Source of the DNA: a virus
Virus record (IMG/VR): IMGVR_UViG_3300025168_018236
Coordinates: 2,610 to 66,609 of that record
Reading direction: 5' to 3' (one strand)
Length of the DNA: 64,000 bases
Positions 31,317-41,365 of the stretch are shown in pieces. How positions within the stretch are numbered: position 1 is the stretch's first letter; each line of letters opens with the position of its first letter. The notes under the pieces were generated by a model. That model did no database searches, was not told the origin of the DNA, and saw nothing but the letters and a program-made list of their open reading frames with translations. The position numbers were made by a program, and so were the translations under genes.

Positions 31317-32780
31317 ATGGAAAAGCAATTTGTTACCGAACAACTCAGAACTAAGTGGGCACCTGTCCTCGAACATGCCGACATGCCCGCAATTTCTGAT
31401 GATTATAGAAAAAACGTCACTGCCATTCTCTTAGAGAACCAAGAGCAGTATCTCAGGGAAGCAGCACCCACCAACTCGGGTCTTGCAACCGGAACTGAGA
31501 ACACCTTCAACACTGTTAACGCATTTGATCCCGTTCTCATCTCGCTCGTTCGTCGTGCGATGCCAAACCTAATGGCATATGATGTCTGTGGTGTTCAACC
31601 AATGAACGCTCCCACTGGACTCATCTTTGCTATGAAGGCGAAGTACAAGACACAGGATGGCGTTGAAGCACTATTCAACGAAGCAAACACCTCTTTTGGT
31701 GCTACTGCTTACGGTCCCGGAAACACTCCAGTAAACCCAACTACCTCGGACCCACTACTTATCGTTGACAGCACCAACTTTGCTGGCAACTACGGTGCTT
31801 CTGCTGGTATGTCTACCGCACTAGGTGAAGCACTTGGTGATGATGCCACCAACCCATTCAGTGAAATGGCATTCGTAATCGACCGTCAGTCGGTTACTGC
31901 CAAGACTCGCGCCCTCAAGGCAGAGTACACCACTGAACTCGCTCAGGATCTCAAGGCAGTTCACGGTCTTGATGCTGAAACTGAACTCGCTAACATTCTC
32001 TCCACCGAGATTCTTGCCGAGATCAACCGCGAAGTTATCCGCACCATCTATAAGGGTGCTAAACTCGGCGCACAGCAACCCGACCTTGCACACAAGGGTG
32101 CTGGTTCAACAACTGAAATGCTGGCAGCAATCGGTTCTGATGCTATGTCCGCTGGTCTTTCGGGTGCTTCTTACCTAACTGACGGTCTTGGTGATAACGG
32201 TGGTGCTGGTCTTGGTGTCGGTGGTGTCTACGACCTAGAGGCAGACTCTGATGGTCGTTGGTCCGCAGAACGCTTCCGTGGTCTGGTCTACCAGATCGAA
32301 CGTGAAGCAAACACCATTGCTAAGGAAACTCGTCGCGGTAAGGGTAACATTCTTATCACTACTTCCGACGTTGCTTCTGCTCTCGCAATGAGTGGTTTCC
32401 TCAACCTAACCCCAACCCCACAGGTTCCCGGTTTCGCTGATGATACTGCAAACACCTTCGTTGGTACTCTTAATGGCAACATTAAGGTCTTCGTTGATCC
32501 CTACTCACAGGTCGGTAAAGACTACTGCTGCATAGGTTACCGTGGATCTTCGCCATATGATGCTGGTATGTTCTACTGCCCATACGTCCCACTCCAGATG
32601 GTTCGTGCGGTTGGTGAGAATTCATTCCAACCCAAGATTGGATTTAAGACTCGATATGGATTGGTCAACAACCCATTCGTTTCGCAACCTGATCCTTCGC
32701 TTAACGGTGCTATTCGTGAGAACCAATACTACAGAATCTTCCGTGTAGATAAACTCCACGGTGCGGTCGGCGCATATTGA
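31317..32780 (+). CDS. gp23: Major capsid protein gp23
   Basis: KWAPVL, LISLVRRAMP.L.AYD.CGVQPM, RALKAEYT.ELAQDLKAVHGLDAE and YCPYVPL motifs; ATG at 31317 follows AAGGAG. Confidence 0.98.
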   Translation: MEKQFVTEQLRTKWAPVLEHADMPAISDDYRKNVTAILLENQEQYLREAAPTNSGLATGTENTFNTVNAFDPVLISLVRRAMPNLMAYDVCGVQPMNAPTGLIFAMKAKYKTQDGVEALFNEANTSFGATAYGPGNTPVNPTTSDPLLIVDSTNFAGNYGASAGMSTALGEALGDDATNPFSEMAFVIDRQSVTAKTRALKAEYTTELAQDLKAVHGLDAETELANILSTEILAEINREVIRTIYKGAKLGAQQPDLAHKGAGSTTEMLAAIGSDAMSAGLSGASYLTDGLGDNGGAGLGVGGVYDLEADSDGRWSAERFRGLVYQIEREANTIAKETRRGKGNILITTSDVASALAMSGFLNLTPTPQVPGFADDTANTFVGTLNGNIKVFVDPYSQVGKDYCCIGYRGSSPYDAGMFYCPYVPLQMVRAVGENSFQPKIGFKTRYGLVNNPFVSQPDPSLNGAIRENQYYRIFRVDKLHGAVGAY

Positions 32781-32804
32781 TTCTGACTAACAAGTCATGA
32801 AGAT

Positions 32805-32838
32805 CAGGGGGTTCCTTCGGGAACCCCCTGTTTCTTTT
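32805..32838 (+). terminator. Rho-independent terminator after gp23
   Basis: Perfect 11-bp stem CAGGGGGTTCC/GGAACCCCCTG with a cUUCGg tetraloop, followed by TTTCTTTT. Confidence 0.92.
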
Positions 32839-32845
32839 ATACATA
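32838..32845 (+). promoter_or_regulatory. Putative late promoter TATACATA upstream of gp3
   Basis: Directly after the terminator and 5 nt before ATG 32851. Confidence 0.6.
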
Positions 32846-32850
32846 CTTGT

Positions 32851-33441
32851 ATGGCAACACCTCCAAAAAGACAAAATCCATTTGAAGGCAGTAACTTTGT
32901 CGCTGGGATGACATCTGGTAGAGAAAGTGCAGCGAAAGAGTCTGTGCTTGATCGTCAACCATCATCGCAGAACTATATCTACCCACCTTACTTTCAGTTT
33001 ATTGTTGCTGCTCTACCTCAGATGACATACTTCACAACTAAAGCAGCACTTCCTGATTTTGGATATGATTCCGCTCTAATTCAAGATAACCGATTTGCTC
33101 AGATTAAACACCCTGCCAGTAAAGTGGGATTTGCTAATCTTGATATATCTTTCTTGGTAGATGAGGATATGGGTAACTGGAGAGAGATTTCCGATTGGAT
33201 CAAGAGAACTACTGTAGTTAATGATCACTTTGATATTGATCCAAACGATAAAGATCATTTCTGTGATGGTACTCTTATAATCACAAATAGTGCAATGCAA
33301 CCAAATGTTGAAGTTACCTTTAGAAATATGTTCCCCATCTCGATCACAGGTTTTCAATTCGATAGTAGTGTCACCGAACTGACTCCTTTTGAATCTACAG
33401 CGACTTTCGCCTACGACTACTACGAAGTTAGAAAGATCTGA
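32851..33441 (+). CDS. gp3: Tail tube terminator/completion protein gp3
   Basis: RQP...NY..P..F.F, FLVDEDM.NWREI.DW and F.NMFPIS..G..F motifs; follows gp23. Confidence 0.88.
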   Translation: MATPPKRQNPFEGSNFVAGMTSGRESAAKESVLDRQPSSQNYIYPPYFQFIVAALPQMTYFTTKAALPDFGYDSALIQDNRFAQIKHPASKVGFANLDISFLVDEDMGNWREISDWIKRTTVVNDHFDIDPNDKDHFCDGTLIITNSAMQPNVEVTFRNMFPISITGFQFDSSVTELTPFESTATFAYDYYEVRKI

Positions 33442-33451
33442 TCTTTTCTCC

Positions 33452-33479
33452 TTGACTTGACTCAAATCCAGTGTACACT
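33452..33479 (+). promoter_or_regulatory. Putative sigma70-type promoter TTGACT-N16-TACACT
   Basis: Intergenic at the structural-to-replication boundary. Confidence 0.5.
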
Positions 33480-33523
33480 CTGAGTGTCAACGAAGGAAAG
33501 GGAAGAAGTATTAAGACTTTATT

Positions 33524-34435
33524 ATGATAAACTTTAGAGATTTAGACAATCTGCTTAGTAGAACAACAGCAACCGTTAAAAATAAAAAGTACACGGTGGT
33601 TCTTCGTGATTTGATACCAACAATATTGAACAAAAATATCGAAGTCCTCCCCACATCATTTGATGAGTTCTTTGATTTGTTTGATGATGATGAACTACTA
33701 CTACATTGTAGAGATCCCGAAACCGGTTTCATACACAACGATGATTCAATCACCGTTAAATCAGTTGAGGACGTTTTTGGTTTCGATTGCTATGTGTATC
33801 ACTACAATAACCATAAAAGAAATAAACAAGATCTCATAGAAGAGACACAAAAAGAAGTTCTTACTGATCCAAAGGACATGGAGCAGTTTGAGCAAACGAA
33901 TAAAAGACAATCCTTTCTGAAACGAGACATTTCATGTGTTAATGATTTACGCTCTGCTTTTATGTCTTGTTACGATCATTTCTACAAAATTGTTCTCTCT
34001 GGTAGATACATTGACAACTTAGACATAACCCAATCATGGGCAGTCCACACAAAACCGAATGATATCAATAAAGAACAACACCCCATGAAGTATCATACTC
34101 ACTACATGTCTCCCGTGTGTTCCGTTTACTATCTTCAATACGAAAAAGGGACAGGAGGACTTTTCTCTCTTGAAAATCCTATCCATAAACGCTATAATGA
34201 CATCATGCAGTTTGAGATGTTGAGTCATATAGGAATCGATTCTGGGTGCAGGATGTCGAAAGAAATTGAAATAGAGGAGGGAGACATTGTTGTCTTCCCC
34301 GGCGGTATCCGACATGCTATCACACCATACACGGGAAATCAGACTAGGATATCCATCGCCTCAAACTCAATCGTTTCTCCCATACGGAGTGGTGAAAATA
34401 AATATCTCTTTAATGTGAGTGGTTATGAACTTTGA
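33524..34435 (+). CDS. Putative 2OG-Fe(II) oxygenase (TIGR02466-like) with an N-terminal extension
   Basis: SW...HTH...SVYYL, EGDIVVFP..I.H and RISIASN motifs of the double-stranded beta-helix fold. Confidence 0.78.
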   Translation: MINFRDLDNLLSRTTATVKNKKYTVVLRDLIPTILNKNIEVLPTSFDEFFDLFDDDELLLHCRDPETGFIHNDDSITVKSVEDVFGFDCYVYHYNNHKRNKQDLIEETQKEVLTDPKDMEQFEQTNKRQSFLKRDISCVNDLRSAFMSCYDHFYKIVLSGRYIDNLDITQSWAVHTKPNDINKEQHPMKYHTHYMSPVCSVYYLQYEKGTGGLFSLENPIHKRYNDIMQFEMLSHIGIDSGCRMSKEIEIEEGDIVVFPGGIRHAITPYTGNQTRISIASNSIVSPIRSGENKYLFNVSGYEL

Positions 34436-34859
34436 TAAAATAAAGCAAATGGTTTTGCAAGATTGTGAAATCGACGAGACTCAACTGGACGCAGAATCGC
34501 TGCGACTTCCCCAGTTACACAACAAATATCTGAATATCTACTTGGACATGAAACTCATTCTAGAGAGAAAACAGAATGAATTCAATAAGTTACGTCGTCT
34601 CAAGTGGGAATATTATACAGGAAAAATGGATGCGGAGGTTCTCGAACATATGGGATGGGAACCATTTGATCTAAAAATCCTCAAACAAGATATTGCAATT
34701 TATATGGATAGTGACGATGATCTGATTACCCTACAGGAACAGGTTCGTTATTATAAAGAAATATGTGCGTACCTAGATGCTACCGTCAAGGAAGTCACAT
34801 ACAGACACAATAAGATCCGCAATGCCATTGATTGGAAAAAGTTCTTAGGCGGACAATAA
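34425..34859 (+). CDS. uvsY: Recombination mediator UvsY
   Basis: ESL..PQLH.KY, KWEYYTGK, PFDLK.LK and I.NAIDW.KF motifs; precedes uvsW. Confidence 0.92.
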   Translation: MNFDKIKQMVLQDCEIDETQLDAESLRLPQLHNKYLNIYLDMKLILERKQNEFNKLRRLKWEYYTGKMDAEVLEHMGWEPFDLKILKQDIAIYMDSDDDLITLQEQVRYYKEICAYLDATVKEVTYRHNKIRNAIDWKKFLGGQ

Positions 34860-34861
34860 TC

Positions 34862-34869
34862 CCTAAATA
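34862..34869 (+). promoter_or_regulatory. Putative late promoter CCTAAATA upstream of uvsW
   Basis: CTAAATA 5 nt before the ATG. Confidence 0.55.
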
Positions 34870-34874
34870 AAGGG

Positions 34875-36383
34875 ATGAGTGACCTTTTAATAGAGAATGT
34901 TGATACGGTAAATGTTAGGGTTCGCTGCGAACGTAGTATCGCAAAAGAACTCTCTGATTACTTTACATTCAAAGTCCCCGGTCACGCCTATATGCCTGCG
35001 TACAGAAAACGCATATGGGATGGACAAATCAAACTTTATAACATGTTCTCGCAGCAGATTTATGCTGGTCTTGAGAAGTATGTCCATCGCTTTGCAACTG
35101 AGCGTGGATATAAGGTAGAGGCAGAACCAAGAAAACCGCATTCATTCACCACAGACAGTGTTCGATCCTATATGGAAGATCATTTAACACTCTCTATTGG
35201 TGACAAACCTATCCAACCCCATGAACATCAGGTGAACGCCGTCACGCACGCTCTCAGGGACGACAGAGCGTTGCTAGTGTCTCCCACGGGTTCGGGTAAG
35301 AGTCTAATCATTTACGCTCTTATGCGTTACCATTTGGATAAAATAGAAAATAACAGAAAGATCTTGATTATCGTTCCGACTACTAGTCTGGTTTCGCAGT
35401 TATACTCAGACTTCTCGGACTATTCTAAAATCTCGGGATGGCATGTGGATAAAAATTGTCACAAAGTCATGGCGGGTGTTCCAAAAGATGATATCAAACG
35501 TAGGGTGATTATCTCTACATGGCAGAGTATCCATAAACAACCGAAGGAATACTTCGATAAGTTTGCAGCAGTATTTGGTGATGAGTGTCACCTCTTCAAA
35601 GCAAAGTCTTTGACTGGTATAATGACTAAACTAGAGGACTGTCCAGTCCGTATAGGAACTACTGGTACGTTGGATGGTTCTCTCACACATAAACTGGTAA
35701 TTGAAGGGTTATTTGGTCCTGTACATCAGGTCACAAAAACAAAAACGCTGATGGAAAGAAAACTCTTGTCAGAGTTGAAGATAGATGGTATACTGTTAAG
35801 ACATAGCGAAAGAGTTCGTAATGAGATGAAGCGAAGCACATATCAAGATGAAATTGACTTCATCGTGCGAAATCAAGAACGGAACAAGTTTATCTGTGAT
35901 CTTTCCTCGAACCTGAAGGGTAATACTCTCGTATTATTTCAGTTCGTAGAGAAGCACGGTAAACAACTGTATGAAATGATGGAAGCAAAGAATCCAGATA
36001 AAAGAGTCTTCTTTATACACGGCAAAGTCGAAGCAGATCTACGAGAAGAAGTCAGACGCATCGCTGAAAAAATAGAGGATGCAATCATTATAGCGTCATA
36101 TGGTACATTTAGTACAGGTGTGTCCATCAAAAGACTACATAATATTGTGTTCGCTTCACCATCGAAGAGTAGAATTCGTGTGTTGCAGAGCATCGGTCGT
36201 CAATTAAGAAAGTCGGAGCATAAAGATGTCGCAAAACTCTATGACCTTGCAGATGACCTATCTTGGAAAAAACACAAGAATCACACCCTTCGCCACTTTG
36301 AAGATCGACTCAAGATCTACGAAGGCGAGGGTTTTGAACACAAAATAATCAGAATCAATCTGAAGGAGGATTCACATGTCTAA
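34875..36383 (+). CDS. uvsW: RNA-DNA/DNA-DNA helicase UvsW
   Basis: WDG.I.L, SPTGSGKS, DECH, GTTGT and LQSIGR.LR motifs. Confidence 0.96.
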   Translation: MSDLLIENVDTVNVRVRCERSIAKELSDYFTFKVPGHAYMPAYRKRIWDGQIKLYNMFSQQIYAGLEKYVHRFATERGYKVEAEPRKPHSFTTDSVRSYMEDHLTLSIGDKPIQPHEHQVNAVTHALRDDRALLVSPTGSGKSLIIYALMRYHLDKIENNRKILIIVPTTSLVSQLYSDFSDYSKISGWHVDKNCHKVMAGVPKDDIKRRVIISTWQSIHKQPKEYFDKFAAVFGDECHLFKAKSLTGIMTKLEDCPVRIGTTGTLDGSLTHKLVIEGLFGPVHQVTKTKTLMERKLLSELKIDGILLRHSERVRNEMKRSTYQDEIDFIVRNQERNKFICDLSSNLKGNTLVLFQFVEKHGKQLYEMMEAKNPDKRVFFIHGKVEADLREEVRRIAEKIEDAIIIASYGTFSTGVSIKRLHNIVFASPSKSRIRVLQSIGRQLRKSEHKDVAKLYDLADDLSWKKHKNHTLRHFEDRLKIYEGEGFEHKIIRINLKEDSHV

Positions 36384-36945
36384 TAATTACAAAGTCCTTA
36401 AGTTACGAAGTGGCGATAGTATTGTCGCAGAAATCATTGAAAACTCAAAGTCTCATATTCGTGTCAATAGACCAATGGAAATTAAGTATATGCATTTCAT
36501 TGATGCAATGGGTCGCAAGCACGAAACTATGATCCTTGTAGATTGGTTAAAATCAACAACATTGAACACAGTTAAATTAGAAAAAAACTTCACTCTCGGA
36601 ATATTTACACCAAGTCCTGATGTTATTGAATCATATAATCAACAAAAAGAATTAGAAGATCATGGCGGGAAGATCCCATCAAGAAAAACATTTGGTTTGT
36701 TTAATAAACAAAACCAAGAAGGATTAGAAAGTCTAATAAACAAAATGGAAGAAGAGTTTAAAAACATAGACATGGATCGATTAGAAGAATTGATTCAAGA
36801 TCAAGTTGATGAGGGTGCAGAGGAGTTAATAGAGGAGATTATGAATAATAATCAACAAGAAAGAATGATTGACGAGACCTCAGATCCTAACTTTGGAACC
36901 AGTTATTGTGACTGGTCACCAAACATAGAAGATTATCTTTCTTAA
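36376..36945 (+). CDS. Conserved T4-like hypothetical protein (Sm-like N-terminus)
   Basis: KVLKL.SGD.IVA start; usual position between uvsW and gp55. Confidence 0.6.
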   Translation: MSNNYKVLKLRSGDSIVAEIIENSKSHIRVNRPMEIKYMHFIDAMGRKHETMILVDWLKSTTLNTVKLEKNFTLGIFTPSPDVIESYNQQKELEDHGGKIPSRKTFGLFNKQNQEGLESLINKMEEEFKNIDMDRLEELIQDQVDEGAEELIEEIMNNNQQERMIDETSDPNFGTSYCDWSPNIEDYLS

Positions 36946-36949
36946 TTAC

Positions 36950-36978
36950 TTTACAAACACTAATGTGTATGGTATACT
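36950..36978 (+). promoter_or_regulatory. Sigma70-type promoter TTTACA-N17-TATACT with extended -10 TG
   Basis: Intergenic, upstream of gp55. Confidence 0.65.
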
Positions 36979-37001
36979 TACAGTAAATAAGGTGTAACCC
37001 G

Positions 37002-37556
37002 ATGAGCGATAAAGATAGTCACTACGTTGACAACCAAAAATTCCTAGAAGCAATGTCCGAGTGGAAAGATCAGATTAAAGTTGCTGAAGAAATCGGCGAG
37101 GGTAAACCACCCGTGTCCGAATACATTGGTGAATGTTTTCTTTTGATTGCTGAGAGGTTATCAATGCGAGCAAACTTCATTAACTATCATTTCCGTGAGG
37201 AGATGGTAGGCGATGCCATTGAAAACTGTCTCATGTACGCAAGCAATTTTGATCCTGCAAAATCAAAGAATCCGTTTTCATATTTTACTCAAATCATCTA
37301 TTATGCCTTTCTTCGACGGATCCAAAAAGAGAAAAAGCAAAGTTATATAAAGTACAGAATTATTGAGTCTGCCGATCATATGGGAGACATTGCTAGAATT
37401 CTCGATCCAGAAAAAACTACAGGTAATCCATACGCAGAATTTTTCAAACTGTCAACAAAGGACATAGACAACTTTACTCCTAAAAAGAAAAAGAAGAAGT
37501 CCTCTACCAAAAAGAAAAAAACTGATGGAGATGATAAATGCGATTCGCTATTCTGA
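37002..37556 (+). CDS. gp55: Late transcription sigma factor gp55
   Basis: HYVDN..F, YIGECFL.IA, NF.NY..REEM..DAIENC and NPFSYFTQI.Y.AFLRRI.KEKKQ motifs. Confidence 0.96.
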   Translation: MSDKDSHYVDNQKFLEAMSEWKDQIKVAEEIGEGKPPVSEYIGECFLLIAERLSMRANFINYHFREEMVGDAIENCLMYASNFDPAKSKNPFSYFTQIIYYAFLRRIQKEKKQSYIKYRIIESADHMGDIARILDPEKTTGNPYAEFFKLSTKDIDNFTPKKKKKKSSTKKKKTDGDDKCDSLF

Positions 37557-38587
37557 CTGATACTCACTTTGGTGCGAGAAATGACTCGCAACAATTCTTA
37601 GATTATTTTCTTGGTTTCATTGAAAACCAATTCCTGCCAGAGTGTGAAAAACAAAACATAGACACTGTGTTACACTTGGGTGATCTTATGGATCGTCGCA
37701 AGTTTGTCAATTTCAATACACTTAATCAAGTCCGTGAAAGGTTCATTGAGAAACTTGAAGAACGAAATATTAAGATGTATTGTCTTATCGGTAACCACGA
37801 CACTTACTATAAAAATACAAACGAGGTTAACTCTTTAACAGAATTGTTTGGTAAGAGATATGAATGCTTTATCCCAATAGACAGTCCTACGGATATCACT
37901 CTTGGTGGTAAAGTCTTTGGAATGGTCCCGTGGATCAATAAAGAAAATAAAAAAGAGTGTGATGAATTCCTAAAGAATAGTAATGCGGACATTATGTGTG
38001 GTCACTTTGAACTCTCAGGATATGAGGTTCTTCGAGGTGTTAAATTTGATGGTGGTATGAGTGATAACCTTCTTCGCCGATTCAGTGAAGTGTGGTCTGG
38101 TCACTTCCACATGAGACATAGTAAAAATAATGTTCGATATCTAGGAACACCCTATCAGATTACATTCTCTGATCTCCACGAACAAAAAGGATTTTATGTC
38201 TATGACACAGAGTCTGGAGACTTAGACCACATTGAGAACGATGAGAGAATGTTCCTACATATTGATTACACAGATGAAACTAATATTGATGACTTGTCTG
38301 AATACGAAAACAAGTATTTGAAATTGTTTGTGCGTGAAAGAAAAAGTCAAAGTAAATTTGATACCTTTGTCGATAATCTTTATGACGCAAAAGTAGGCAG
38401 TCTGACTATCATCGAAAATGATGATTCCTCTGTTATAGAAGACACAGAAGTAGCAGACATGTCACTGGACACGTTGTCCTTGATTTATAAAGAAGCAGAA
38501 GATTTCTATGAAACCATAGAAGGAATTAATGTTTCTAGATTAAAGAGACTAATAGAAGAAATTTACATGGAGGCATTATCACAATGA
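37538..38587 (+). CDS. gp47: Recombination nuclease gp47 (Mre11-like)
   Basis: TDTHFGARND, HLGD, GNHD and SGHFH motifs. Confidence 0.96.
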   Translation: MRFAILTDTHFGARNDSQQFLDYFLGFIENQFLPECEKQNIDTVLHLGDLMDRRKFVNFNTLNQVRERFIEKLEERNIKMYCLIGNHDTYYKNTNEVNSLTELFGKRYECFIPIDSPTDITLGGKVFGMVPWINKENKKECDEFLKNSNADIMCGHFELSGYEVLRGVKFDGGMSDNLLRRFSEVWSGHFHMRHSKNNVRYLGTPYQITFSDLHEQKGFYVYDTESGDLDHIENDERMFLHIDYTDETNIDDLSEYENKYLKLFVRERKSQSKFDTFVDNLYDAKVGSLTIIENDDSSVIEDTEVADMSLDTLSLIYKEAEDFYETIEGINVSRLKRLIEEIYMEALSQ

Positions 38588-38844
38588 GCGAAGAATCAGA
38601 AGGTGTAGGAGACACAGTAGAAAAAATTATCACCAAGATTGGTGATGTTACCAAGATAGAATGGATCAGGAAAAAGAAGGGATGTGATGGTTGCCGTAAA
38701 CGAAAAGAGGCACTCAATAATGCATTCCCATATAAGAAATCAGAGACCACTCCAGTAGAAGCACAAGAGGAAGCACCTTGCACAGACTGTGAAGAAAAGA
38801 AAAAGAAAAAGGGTGGGTGTAGTTCCTGTGGAAAGAATAAATGA
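38584..38844 (+). CDS. Small Cys-rich protein with three CxxC motifs
   Basis: GVGDTVEKI...GCDGCRKRKEALN..FPY, CTDC and CSSC; ATGA overlaps with both neighbours. Confidence 0.65.
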   Translation: MSEESEGVGDTVEKIITKIGDVTKIEWIRKKKGCDGCRKRKEALNNAFPYKKSETTPVEAQEEAPCTDCEEKKKKKGGCSSCGKNK

Positions 38845-40565
38845 TTAGATTCCATACAGTGAAATTTAAGAATTTTGGTTCGTTTGGAAATAACAGAACT
38901 GAAATTAATTTGGACAGACATAGGTCAACTCTAGTGTCTGGAATGAATGGTCATGGGAAGTCTTTTGCTCTCCTTGACTCTATTACGTTTGCTTTGTTCG
39001 GTAAACCATTTCGTAAGATCAACATTCCACAACTCGTAAATTCAATTAACGAAAAAGATTGTTGTGTCGAAGTTACCTTTTCCGTTGGGGAAGATGAATA
39101 TCAAGTTATCCGACAACTCAAACCAAAGAAGTTTGAGATTATCAAGAACGGAAACTTGATTGATCAAAACGCAAAGGCAAAAGATTATCAACGAATGCTT
39201 GAAGAGAATATTCTCAAGATGAATTACAAGTCTTTTACTCAAGTGGTTATTCTCGGCAGTTCCTCGTTCGTTCCGTTCATGCAACTGACTGCTGCTGACC
39301 GGCGAGAAGTTATCGAGGATGTTCTAGACATTCAGGTTTTCTCTGATATGAATACTGTATTAAAGACTAGAGTCTCTCTTAAGAAAGAAGAGATCAAGGA
39401 TTTAGATAATAAAGCAGAACTTCTAAAGTCCAAGATCGAGATCGTTGAAAATCATATTGCTTCTGTTAAAGAAGCAGATGACTCTAAGATTTCTCTTCTA
39501 CAAGAAGAACTAGAAGTAACCGATGCACTGGTAGAATCAAATGAATCATTGGTCAGTGGTCTTCTGGATGAACAAAAAGAATTGATTGACAAGACAGGTG
39601 ATATTGATTCTGTTAAGTCGTCGTTGTCTAAGTTTGAGAATATGAAAACTATTATCAAGAAGACACATGACAATAACGTCAAGAAGATAACTGATATGCA
39701 AGACATGGAACAGTGTCCGACCTGTACACAGGGTGTTCCTGATTCTGTTAAATCTGAACTCATTGGAAAGTTTGAGGCAAAGCGTGATGAATTTGTTGCT
39801 GGTCTCGAAGATATTGCTAAACAAATTCAAGAGAAAAATGAATCTCTAGATGACTTAAAAAATCTTTCGACTAGAGCGAAGGAGGTACATGAGCAAATTG
39901 TTCAACGAAGAAGCGACATCGACTCAAGTAAAAAGTATTCAAGAAAACTAACAAAAGAAATACAAGATATCCAAAGTAAGTCTGCTCGAACGGACAACAC
40001 TGAAAATGCCACGGTATTGAAGAAGTATAAAAAGGATATGGACAGCGTTGGTGAGGAAAAGAACAAATTCAAAGAGGATGCTTTACTCCTTGGTTGTCTT
40101 GGAAATCTACTGAAGGATACAGGAATTAAGTCTAAGATCATTCGTCACTATCTCCCAATCATGAACAAACTTATTAATAAGTTTCTAACTGACATGGGAT
40201 TCTTCGCCCAGTTCTCCCTAGATGAAAACTTCAATGAAACAATCAAGAGTAGACACCGAGATCAATTTAGTTACATGTCTTTCTCTGAAGGAGAAAAGAT
40301 GAGAATCGATCTTGCTCTGCTCCTAGCATGGAGAGAGATCGCTCGACTTAAGAATAGTGCAAATACTAATCTATTAATTCTGGACGAAGTGTTTGATTCT
40401 TCCTTGGACTCAGTGGGGACAGAGGAGTTCATGAAGTTGATGAGCGTCCTCAGTGCGAATACGCATGTGTTTGTGATCAGTCATAAGTCTGATCAACTCG
40501 TAGATAAGTTCGATAATCAAATTACCTTTGTGAAGACGGGTAACTTTAGTAAACTAACTGGATAA
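38841..40565 (+). CDS. gp46: Recombination ATPase gp46 (Rad50-like)
   Basis: GMNGHGKS, CPTC zinc hook, SFSEGEK signature and LILDEVFD. Confidence 0.97.
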   Translation: MIRFHTVKFKNFGSFGNNRTEINLDRHRSTLVSGMNGHGKSFALLDSITFALFGKPFRKINIPQLVNSINEKDCCVEVTFSVGEDEYQVIRQLKPKKFEIIKNGNLIDQNAKAKDYQRMLEENILKMNYKSFTQVVILGSSSFVPFMQLTAADRREVIEDVLDIQVFSDMNTVLKTRVSLKKEEIKDLDNKAELLKSKIEIVENHIASVKEADDSKISLLQEELEVTDALVESNESLVSGLLDEQKELIDKTGDIDSVKSSLSKFENMKTIIKKTHDNNVKKITDMQDMEQCPTCTQGVPDSVKSELIGKFEAKRDEFVAGLEDIAKQIQEKNESLDDLKNLSTRAKEVHEQIVQRRSDIDSSKKYSRKLTKEIQDIQSKSARTDNTENATVLKKYKKDMDSVGEEKNKFKEDALLLGCLGNLLKDTGIKSKIIRHYLPIMNKLINKFLTDMGFFAQFSLDENFNETIKSRHRDQFSYMSFSEGEKMRIDLALLLAWREIARLKNSANTNLLILDEVFDSSLDSVGTEEFMKLMSVLSANTHVFVISHKSDQLVDKFDNQITFVKTGNFSKLTG

Positions 40566-41365
40566 TGCAAGAAGGTCAAAGATCAAAATCGTTGCTCCGC
40601 TATCCCGGCGGAAAGTCATACGCAATCAGTGCGTTGATGCCCTACTTCCCCGCAGATATCACTGAGATGGTTTCTCCGTTCTTCGGAGGAGGTTCCCTTG
40701 AATGGGAGTGTGCATCTAGAGGTATCACCGTTCATGGTTATGATATCTTTGAACCGTTGGTTAACTTTTGGCAGCACGTTCTTAATCACAAAGAAAAACT
40801 ACATGCTCGTATCTTAGAGTTTCCTATTCCTCTCCCCAAGGAAGAATTTTATCGTATCCAAAAAGAATATGATAACTTAGAGAACCGATTAGAGAAGGCA
40901 GCACATTTTTATCTTTTAAATCGAACTAGTTTTTCTGGGACAACTTTCTCTGGAGGAATGTCTCCTTCACAGAAGAACTGGAATCCTAGATGTATAGAAA
41001 AGTTAAAGAAATTTTCACTCGGTGGACTTTTTGGATCATCTGGTGAGGTGACAGTTGGTTGCGAAGACTTTAGTGTTTCTCTAGAAAAGCATAAAGATAT
41101 CTTTGCCTACATGGATCCTCCGTATCTTTTAGATAATTCTACTTTATATGGTGACCGAGGAAGCACTCATAAAGATTTTAATCATATGCAATTTTATAAT
41201 AGTGTAAAAGGTATGAATGGGAAGTGGGCAGTATCATACAACGACCACCCAGAACTACTGGAACTCTATAAGGACTACAATATACACACCCCGACATGGA
41301 GATATTCTATGAAATCAAAAGGCGGGTGTAAGGAATCATATGAAATATTGATTACCAATTACTGA
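40565..41365 (+). CDS. DNA adenine methyltransferase (Dam/D12 class)
   Basis: LRYPGGKS, SPFFGGGS, LNR.SFSG, YMDPPY and EILITNY motifs; target site not determinable. Confidence 0.92.
   Translation: MQEGQRSKSLLRYPGGKSYAISALMPYFPADITEMVSPFFGGGSLEWECASRGITVHGYDIFEPLVNFWQHVLNHKEKLHARILEFPIPLPKEEFYRIQKEYDNLENRLEKAAHFYLLNRTSFSGTTFSGGMSPSQKNWNPRCIEKLKKFSLGGLFGSSGEVTVGCEDFSVSLEKHKDIFAYMDPPYLLDNSTLYGDRGSTHKDFNHMQFYNSVKGMNGKWAVSYNDHPELLELYKDYNIHTPTWRYSMKSKGGCKESYEILITNY

Noticed and set aside
22276-40565. Inteins, introns or homing endonucleases in core genes
   Set aside because: gp17, gp20, uvsW, gp47 and gp46 are of ordinary length and uninterrupted; no HNH, GIY-YIG or LAGLIDADG motifs were seen.
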